Below are positions 1 through 5,563 of a stretch of 5,874 nucleotides of DNA, piece by piece. The notes beneath the pieces are model-generated. The model ran no database searches. It had not been told where the DNA came from and saw only the letters and a list, made by a program, of their open reading frames with translations. Position numbers and translations under genes: made by a program. Every line of letters begins with the position of its first letter. Position 1 is the first letter of the stretch. The DNA is from Candidatus Iainarchaeum sp. (GTDB lineage: Archaea; Iainarchaeota; Iainarchaeia; Iainarchaeales; CSSED10-239): NCBI GenBank assembly GCA_028693335.1, contig JAQUVR010000043.1, positions 1 to 5,874 on the forward strand. Reading direction: 5' to 3'.

Positions 1-720
1 GCCGCAAACACCATTAGAGAAAAATTAGGTCTTCACGCAGAGTCTAAAGGATCTCTTTACGGGGATATTACTCTTAAAGATCTAAAACACGATAATGATA
101 TTTTTAATTGTAATTCTCTTGGTCGTGGTGGTTGGTCAATAATGTCTAGAATAGAGCCTGAAGAAATAGAGGTTGTTGATGTTAATGCTGATTTTGTTTT
201 AGTAATTGAAACAGCAGCAATGTATAATAGACTTATTGAAGAAAGATACGCTAGAGAACACAATGCGATATTAATTGGAACTGGTGGTCAAGCTGCAAGA
301 GGTACAAGAAGATTGATACACAGATTAAGATATGAATATGATTTGCCAGTAATTGTTTTTACTGATGGAGATCCATATGGTTGGTATATTTATTCTGTTA
401 TTAAGAGTGGATCTATGGCATTAGCTGCACACTCAAAATATATGGCAGTTCCTGATGCTAAATATGTTGGTATGACTTTAACTGATGTTGATACCTATAG
501 TTTACAAAACGTTACTGAAAAAATGAAAGACGGAGATATTAAAAGAGCAAAAGAATTAATGAACTATGATTGGTTTAAATCTAAAGATTGGCAAAACGAA
601 TTAAAACTTGCAATTGATAGAAAAATCAGAATAGAGCAACAGGCTCTTGCAAATAAATCATTAGATTTTGTTGCAAAAAAATATCTTCCTGAAAAAATTG
701 AAAAAGAAATTTTCTTATAA
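1..720 (+). CDS. top6A: DNA topoisomerase VI subunit A (Spo11-like), C-terminal Toprim part; 5' end lies outside the window
   Basis: Frame 1 is open from base 1 (AANTIREKLGLHAESKGSLYGDITLKD...GRGGWSIMSR...) to TAA at 718-720, so the tracked Met at 142 is internal. Toprim hallmarks of Top6A/Spo11 are visible. These are the acidic FVLVIETAA (Glu codon 208-210), GGQAARGTRRLIHRL, and the metal-binding DxD in VFTDGDPYGWYIY (Asp codons 364-366 and 370-372). Confidence 0.9.
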   Translation, partial: AANTIREKLGLHAESKGSLYGDITLKDLKHDNDIFNCNSLGRGGWSIMSRIEPEEIEVVDVNADFVLVIETAAMYNRLIEERYAREHNAILIGTGGQAARGTRRLIHRLRYEYDLPVIVFTDGDPYGWYIYSVIKSGSMALAAHSKYMAVPDAKYVGMTLTDVDTYSLQNVTEKMKDGDIKRAKELMNYDWFKSKDWQNELKLAIDRKIRIEQQALANKSLDFVAKKYLPEKIEKEIFL

Positions 721-724
721 TTCC

Positions 725-731
725 TTTTTTT
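725..731 (+). terminator. Oligo-T tract (T7) immediately after the top6A stop; candidate archaeal-type intrinsic terminator
   Basis: TAA(718-720)-TTCC-TTTTTTT fills the whole 11-nt gap before the convergent uraA stop. Archaeal RNAP terminates at oligo-T runs without requiring a hairpin. No stem-loop is evident. Confidence 0.3.
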
Positions 732-1934
732 CTAATTTTCTTTATCTGGTAAAATCCAGTTTAATAAAACACCAACAACACTACTTAAAGCAATACTTCC
801 AAGACTAAATGATTGTCCAAAACTTATTGCTGCGCCACCAACGCCTAAGATTAACATTACCGAAACTATTACCATATTTTTTGTTTTATTAAGATCTACT
901 TTTGAGTCAATAATTGTTTTTATTCCAACAATGGTTATCATCCCAAATAACAGAATCATTATTCCTCCTAAAACAGCTTCTGGGATTGTTCTTAAAAAAC
1001 CGCTCATTTTTCCAATAAATGCTAAGACAATTGCAGTTGTTGCTGCAATTCTTAAAATAAAAGGATCTGTTATTTTTGTAAGGGTAATTGCTCCAGTAAC
1101 CTCCGAATATGTAGTTACTGGCGTTCCACCAAATAATCCTGAAAAAAAAGTAGCAAACCCGTCCCCAAGTAATGTTTTTTTTATTCCGGGATCTTTTACA
1201 AAATCTTTTTTTGCAACTTTACTAATTGCATAAATATCTCCAATATGTTCAATAATTGGTGCTATTGCAACCGGTACTAAAAATAAAATTGCTGAAATAT
1301 TAAATACTGGTGCACTAAATGCTGGTAGAGAAAACCATGGTGCATTAATTATTGGAGAAAAATCTATTTTTTTAAAAATAACTGCAACTAAATATCCAAC
1401 ACTCATTCCAATAATTACTGGTAATAATTTTATTGTTTTTTTTCCAAATATTACCACTAAAATGGCGGTCATTAAAGAAACACCGGCAAGAAACCAATTA
1501 CTACTTGCCATATTAATTCCAACACCCGCAAGAGCTAGGCCAATTGTCATAATTACTGGTCCAATGACTACTGCTGGAAATATTTTTTGAATAAATTCTA
1601 TTCCTTTTTGTCTTACAATTAATGAAACAATCATGTAAGTTAAACCAACAGCCATAATTCCACCAAGAGCACCAGGATACCCATAAAGCTCTATAGCTTT
1701 AATTACTGGTGCAATAAACACAAATGAGCTTCCTAAAAATATAGGCACTTTTCCTTTAGTAATTAAATGGAATATTAATGTTCCACAACCAGCAGTAAAA
1801 AGAGCAATAGATGGATCTATGCCAACTAACAATGGAACTAATACAATTGCTCCAAATGCTACACAAAGCATTTGTATTCCAAGTATTATTTTTTTAAATA
1901 GATTTAATTTTTCTGTATTGTTATCTCTTTTCAT
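732..1934 (-). CDS. uraA: NCS2-family nucleobase:cation symporter, uracil permease (UraA/PyrP-like)
   Basis: A 400-aa polytopic hydrophobic protein, collinear with E. coli UraA as I recall it. Matching segments are GKVPIFLGSSFVFIAPV (UraA GKIPAYLGSSFAFISPV), IIEHIGD (UraA IAEHVGH), TPVTTYSEVTG (UraA TPNTTYGENIG) and SKVDLNKTKN (UraA SKVDYNKAQN). The xanthine/uracil permease signature IPEAVLGGIMILLFGMITIVG is present. ATG at 1932-1934, TAG stop at 732-734. Substrate is inferred from similarity only. Confidence 0.85.
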   Translation of the reverse strand: MKRDNNTEKLNLFKKIILGIQMLCVAFGAIVLVPLLVGIDPSIALFTAGCGTLIFHLITKGKVPIFLGSSFVFIAPVIKAIELYGYPGALGGIMAVGLTYMIVSLIVRQKGIEFIQKIFPAVVIGPVIMTIGLALAGVGINMASSNWFLAGVSLMTAILVVIFGKKTIKLLPVIIGMSVGYLVAVIFKKIDFSPIINAPWFSLPAFSAPVFNISAILFLVPVAIAPIIEHIGDIYAISKVAKKDFVKDPGIKKTLLGDGFATFFSGLFGGTPVTTYSEVTGAITLTKITDPFILRIAATTAIVLAFIGKMSGFLRTIPEAVLGGIMILLFGMITIVGIKTIIDSKVDLNKTKNMVIVSVMLILGVGGAAISFGQSFSLGSIALSSVVGVLLNWILPDKEN

Positions 1935-1957
1935 AAATTAAAATTACTTTAAAAGAA

Positions 1958-1965
1958 TATATAAA
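1958..1965 (-). promoter_or_regulatory. TATA-box-like element (TTTATATA on the minus strand) for uraA
   Basis: The minus-strand sequence upstream of the uraA ATG reads GTAGAAACAATTATATTTATATATTCTTTTAAAGTAATTTTAATTT-ATG. TTTATATA matches the archaeal TTTAWATA consensus. Its centre is about 27 nt from the ATG, which fits a leaderless or near-leaderless transcript. Caveat: TATA-like strings are common in AT-rich DNA. Confidence 0.35.
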
Positions 1966-2007
1966 TATAATTGTTTCTACTATTAATTAATTATACAATT
2001 ATAAATT

Positions 2008-2012
2008 AGGAG
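2008..2012 (+). promoter_or_regulatory. Shine-Dalgarno-like AGGAG upstream of the small basic ORF
   Basis: AGGAG is followed by an 8-nt spacer (TTGATATT) and then GTG 2021. It is the only clear SD-like purine block before any gene start in this window. Confidence 0.45.
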
Positions 2013-2020
2013 TTGATATT

Positions 2021-2236
2021 GTGCCAACAAAAACAGCAAACAAAACAAAAATGAATAGAGTTTCAAAAAAACCAATGGTTAGAGAAAAAAGAGTAGAAGA
2101 CATTGCATCAAGATTAAAAGGAATAGATGTAAAAGATGTTGAAAAATTTTTAATAGAAAGAAGACGCCGTATTGCAGTTATTAGAAAAAAATCTAGTGTT
2201 GCAGATCCAAAAACAAGACAAAAAATAAAATATTAA
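2021..2236 (+). CDS. Small, highly basic hypothetical protein (71 aa; 14 Lys + 10 Arg versus 8 Asp/Glu)
   Basis: It is the only ORF occupying the gap between uraA and ackA. A 71-codon open frame is unlikely by chance in DNA this AT-rich, where stops are frequent. AGGAG at 2008-2012 lies 8 nt upstream of GTG 2021. An alternative start is ATG 2051 (MNRVSKKP...), which has no Shine-Dalgarno. AAA-dominated Lys codon use matches the neighbouring genes. I recognise no family motif. TAA stop at 2234-2236. Confidence 0.55.
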   Translation: MPTKTANKTKMNRVSKKPMVREKRVEDIASRLKGIDVKDVEKFLIERRRRIAVIRKKSSVADPKTRQKIKY

Positions 2237-2238
2237 TT

Positions 2239-2248
2239 TTTATAAATA
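2239..2248 (+). promoter_or_regulatory. TATA-box-like element (TTTATAAATA) for ackA
   Basis: It lies in the 36-nt gap between the small ORF and ackA. Its centre is about 30 nt upstream of ATG 2273, and no SD-like sequence sits in between (AAAATTTTGATTAAAT-ATG). This fits an archaeal leaderless promoter. The same AT-richness caveat applies. Confidence 0.35.
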
Positions 2249-2272
2249 CTTTTTTTAAAATTTTGATTAAAT

Positions 2273-3454
2273 ATGAACATATTAGTTATTAATGCAGGAA
2301 GTAGTTCTTTAAAATTTCAATATATTAATCCAGTAACTGGAGATGTTTTAATTAAAGGGCTTTATGATGGTCTAAATAGAAAAGATCACAAAGTGACTTT
2401 GAAACTTACAATAAATGATTCTAAAGAAACTGAAGAAAAAATTATTGATAATCATTCTGATGTTGTTAATGATCTTTTATCAAAGTTAATTGAAAAAAAA
2501 ATAATCTTAGATATTTTAGAAATAAAATATATTGGGCACAGAGTTGTTCATGGAGCAGAAGATTATTCCAAGACAACTGAGATAACAGATTCTATGTTAA
2601 GACATCTAAAAGCAATTTCTTTTTTAGCACCTTTACATAATCCAATTAATATAGAATATATAGAAATATTAAAAGAAAAACTAAAAGATGCAAAACAATT
2701 TGCAGTGTTTGATACTGCTTTTCATCAAACAATTCCGCCAGAGATCTACCTTTATGGTCTTCCAAAAGAGTTGTATGAAAAATATAAGATTAGAAAATAT
2801 GGTTTTCATGGAATTAGTCATAAATATGTATCTTATAAAACAAGTGAATTACTAAATAAAAATTACAATTCTTTAAAAATAATAAATTGTCATTTAGGAA
2901 ATGGGCAAAGCATTTGTGCAATTTTAAATGGAAAAAGTTTTGATACTTCTATGGGGTTTACTCCTTTAGACGGTCTTCCAATGGGAACTAGAAGTGGAAG
3001 TTTTGATCCTGAAATTATTCTTTTCCTTTTAGAAAATGGATATTCTAAAGAACAAATAAAAACTTTAATTAACAAAGAATCAGGGTTAGTAGGAATTAGT
3101 CAAATAAGTGCAGATCACAGAAAAATTGAAGAACTTTCTATGGCTGGAGAAGTTAATGCAAAATTAGCTAATGATATTTTAGTTAAGAGAATAGTCTCTC
3201 TTATAGGAAGTTATATTGCAGAAATGAATGGTGTAGATGTTATTGTTTTTACTGGAGGGATTGGAGAAAAATCTGCATATTTAAGAAAATTAGTTTTAGA
3301 TCATTTTCAATATTTAGAATTGTCTTATGATGATGAACAAAATTCAGCACATGAAACAATAATTTCAAAACTAAATAGCAAAGTAACAGTTATGGTTATT
3401 CCAACAAATGAGGAATTACAGATCGCAAAAGAAGTTTATGATATTATAAAATAA
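2273..3454 (+). CDS. ackA: Acetate kinase (ASKHA superfamily, acetate/propionate kinase family)
   Basis: 393 aa with the family motifs in canonical order: MNILVINAGSSSLKFQ, IGHRVVHGAEDY, APLHNP, FDTAFHQTIP, YGFHGISH, CHLGNGQSICAI, SMGFTPLDGLPMGTRSGSFDP, FTGGIGEKSAYLR, VIPTNEELQIAKE. Length and collinearity match E. coli AckA as recalled. TAA stop at 3452-3454. Confidence 0.9.
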   Translation: MNILVINAGSSSLKFQYINPVTGDVLIKGLYDGLNRKDHKVTLKLTINDSKETEEKIIDNHSDVVNDLLSKLIEKKIILDILEIKYIGHRVVHGAEDYSKTTEITDSMLRHLKAISFLAPLHNPINIEYIEILKEKLKDAKQFAVFDTAFHQTIPPEIYLYGLPKELYEKYKIRKYGFHGISHKYVSYKTSELLNKNYNSLKIINCHLGNGQSICAILNGKSFDTSMGFTPLDGLPMGTRSGSFDPEIILFLLENGYSKEQIKTLINKESGLVGISQISADHRKIEELSMAGEVNAKLANDILVKRIVSLIGSYIAEMNGVDVIVFTGGIGEKSAYLRKLVLDHFQYLELSYDDEQNSAHETIISKLNSKVTVMVIPTNEELQIAKEVYDIIK

Positions 3455-4387
3455 TTATTTACTAAGTTCTTCTTGTCTTAGTAATCTTTTCCATTTATTA
3501 TCAATGTCTTCTTGAATAGATCTCAACACTTCTTTATTTTTTTCTTTTAAAACATCTTTAAACTTTGTTTGTGTTCTTAAAAATTCTTCAATAGGTATTC
3601 TGTTTTTGGGTTTATAATTTATGGTTAATTTTCCATCCTCATATTCATAAAGAGGCCAAAAATTACTCTCTGTTGCAAGTTTGCTAATAGCAATTGTTTG
3701 AGATGGATCTGCTTTCATATTTGTTGGACACGCAGCATATGCAATTAGAACTGCTGGTCCTTTTTTTTCAAAGGCTTTTTTTGCTTTGTTATACATGTCT
3801 ATTTGATTATAAGGATTTACTTGAGCAACATATGGGATATTATGAGCTATTGCTATTTGGGTTAGATCTTTACTATACTCTATTTTTCCATAAGAATTAA
3901 TCCCTGCTGGCGTGGTTGTTGTTGTTGCTCCTTTTGGTGTTGCTGATGATCTTTGTGCACCAGTATTTTGATATCCTTCATTTGTGTAACAAAGATAAAC
4001 GAAATCATGACCTCTCTCAAGAGCTCCAGACGATGCGGATAAGCCAATATCAAATGATCCCCCGTCTCCAGCGATAACTAAAAAGTTAATCTCTTTTGTT
4101 ATTTTTCCTTTTTTCTTTAATGCCAAATAAGCCTTTTCAATTCCAGATATTGTTGCTGCAGAATTAGCAAATGCAGAATGAATCCAAGGCATATTCCATG
4201 AAGTTTGTGGATAGATAGTTGTTGTAACTTCTGCACATGATGTAGCACTTGAAACAACAACTGGATTATCACTAGCACTAGCAACAGTTCTAGAAATTAT
4301 TCCAATAGGGCATCCTGAGCAGGTTCTATGTCCTGACACCATTAGATCTTTATTATTTATTCTTTTTGCAAGTTCTTTTATATTCAT
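3455..4387 (-). CDS. porB: 2-oxoacid:ferredoxin oxidoreductase, beta subunit (TPP- and [4Fe-4S]-binding); pyruvate specificity inferred only from context
   Basis: 310 aa. The N-terminal cluster cysteines GHRTCSGCPIG, plus SCAEV and a later AACPTN, give a 4-Cys pattern like OFOR beta subunits. The TPP motif is GDGGSFDIGLSASSGALERGHDFVYLCYTNEGYQNTG (GDG...N). The C-terminal tail is typical of PorB/KorB. ATG at 4385-4387, TAA stop at 3455-3457. Confidence 0.88.
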   Translation of the reverse strand: MNIKELAKRINNKDLMVSGHRTCSGCPIGIISRTVASASDNPVVVSSATSCAEVTTTIYPQTSWNMPWIHSAFANSAATISGIEKAYLALKKKGKITKEINFLVIAGDGGSFDIGLSASSGALERGHDFVYLCYTNEGYQNTGAQRSSATPKGATTTTTPAGINSYGKIEYSKDLTQIAIAHNIPYVAQVNPYNQIDMYNKAKKAFEKKGPAVLIAYAACPTNMKADPSQTIAISKLATESNFWPLYEYEDGKLTINYKPKNRIPIEEFLRTQTKFKDVLKEKNKEVLRSIQEDIDNKWKRLLRQEELSK

Positions 4388-4393
4388 AAATAA

Positions 4394-5557
4394 TCATTCT
4401 TTTATTCCAATATATCTTTCTTTTTTTGGTTTATTATTTATTACTGAAACTAAAAGATCTTCAATATCTTTTTGAGTAATCTCCCGTCCACCTAATCCAA
4501 AAACATATGAAAATATTTTTGGTTTGTGTTTTAAATTGTTATAAGCAGTTAACAAAATATCTTTGTAGATTGGTGAAAATGATCCAGGGCCTTCACTTCT
4601 TTCAAGAACAATAATATTTTCTGCGTTTTCTAATGCCTTAGAATATTCTTCATATAAAAATGGTCTATAAAGTATTGGTCTTAATAACCCAACAGATTTA
4701 TTTTCTAATCTAAGTTTATCAATAACATCTTTACTACTTTCAGCAGTTGAGCTTAAAGTAATTAATACTGTTTTAGATTCTTTTGCATAATAATCTTCAT
4801 AAAAATTAATCTCTTTATCAAAGATTTTTTTAAACTCTTTAGAGATCTTTAGATAATTTTCTTTAACATCTAAAAAAGCATCAAACATTTCTTTTCTAAT
4901 TTCAAAATAACTATCTTGAAGTGCAAGTGCTCCAATAGTTATTGGAGTATCTGTATCTAACAAATTATATTTAGGATTAAATTCTCCAATAAATTCTTTA
5001 ACTAAATTATCCTCATAAGTTTCTAAATTTTCAAGATTGTGACTTGTAAAAAAACCATCAATACACACCATGATTGGTAAATAAACAGACTCTGCTAGTC
5101 TTAAACTAAATAAGGTCATATCATAAGCTTCTTGAGCATTTTGACAATATACCTGCATCCATCCTTGATCAATTGCTGACATGCTATCTGAATGATCGCA
5201 ATGTATGTTTATTGGTGCTGATATTGCTCTATTTGCAACTGGCATAACAATTGGTAGTCTTAAGCCTGAAGCTATACCAAGCACCTCAAACATATAAAGT
5301 AATCCTTGAGATGCAGTTGCTGTTACTGCTCTAGATCCTGCTGCTGATGCGCCAATTGCTGCTGATAATGCTGAGTGTTCTGATTCTACTCTAATAATTT
5401 CAGTATTAACTAAACCATTTGCTTCATATTTAGAAAAGGTTTCAATTATTGGTGTTTGTGGTGTTATAGGGTACATTGCAAATACTTCTGGATCTATTTG
5501 TTTTAATGCATAAGCAATTGCTTCTCCGCCCGTCATTGCTGTTTTATTTTTCATCAT
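4394..5557 (-). CDS. porA: 2-oxoacid:ferredoxin oxidoreductase, alpha subunit (domains I-II only)
   Basis: 387 aa with typical PorA/KorA/VorA strings: MTGGEAIAYALKQ...YPITPQTPIIE, ESEHSALSAAIGASAAGSRAVTATASQGLLYMFEVLG, LPIVMPVANRA, DHSDSMSAIDQGW, QEAYD, VCIDGFFTSH. TGA stop at 4394-4396 lies 6 nt upstream of the porB ATG. Tandem ATG ATG at 5552-5557. Confidence 0.88.
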   Translation of the reverse strand: MMKNKTAMTGGEAIAYALKQIDPEVFAMYPITPQTPIIETFSKYEANGLVNTEIIRVESEHSALSAAIGASAAGSRAVTATASQGLLYMFEVLGIASGLRLPIVMPVANRAISAPINIHCDHSDSMSAIDQGWMQVYCQNAQEAYDMTLFSLRLAESVYLPIMVCIDGFFTSHNLENLETYEDNLVKEFIGEFNPKYNLLDTDTPITIGALALQDSYFEIRKEMFDAFLDVKENYLKISKEFKKIFDKEINFYEDYYAKESKTVLITLSSTAESSKDVIDKLRLENKSVGLLRPILYRPFLYEEYSKALENAENIIVLERSEGPGSFSPIYKDILLTAYNNLKHKPKIFSYVFGLGGREITQKDIEDLLVSVINNKPKKERYIGIKE

Positions 5558-5563
5558 ATATTT

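Noticed and set aside
57-263. 68-aa ORF on the minus strand inside top6A
   Set aside because: It is antisense to the conserved Toprim-encoding region. The Ser/Ile/Leu-rich product has no recognisable motif and is most likely a shadow ORF.
1-731. top6A is not followed by top6B
   Set aside because: The B subunit gene may lie upstream of top6A, outside the window, or elsewhere in the genome. Its absence downstream is uninformative.
931-1233. 100-aa ORF on the plus strand inside the uracil permease gene
   Set aside because: It is entirely antisense to a well-supported membrane protein CDS. Its translation is low-complexity and hydrophobic/basic, as expected for the complement of a hydrophobic AT-rich gene. 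It has no start context or motif.
1413-1710. Decamer AATTACTGGT occurring three times (1413-1422, 1551-1560, 1701-1710)
   Set aside because: All three copies are in the same reading frame of uraA and encode Pro-Val-Ile (LLPVIIG, GPVIMT, APVIKA). This is repeated peptide context plus strong codon bias, not a DNA-level repeat element.
732-1934. The UraA His245-equivalent appears to be Asp (IIEHIGD versus UraA IAEHVGH), and the Asn after the substrate-binding Glu is Val (YSEV versus YGEN)
   Set aside because: Both substrate-binding Glu residues are conserved. I cannot verify by eye how variable these positions are across NCS2 members, so this is likely ordinary family variation.
1982-1993. Palindromic (ATTA)n string ATTAATTAATTA in the uraA/small-ORF divergent region, a possible operator
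   Set aside because: It is a low-complexity AT repeat that is trivially self-complementary in DNA of this composition. There is no second half-site or repeat copy to support a regulator binding site.
2890-3075. 61-aa ORF on the minus strand inside ackA
   Set aside because: It is antisense to the most conserved part of acetate kinase (HLGNG...GTRSG). It has no independent support.
3694-3900. 68-aa ORF on the plus strand inside porB
   Set aside because: It is antisense to the porB coding sequence. The Leu/Phe/Tyr-rich shadow translation has no recognisable motif.
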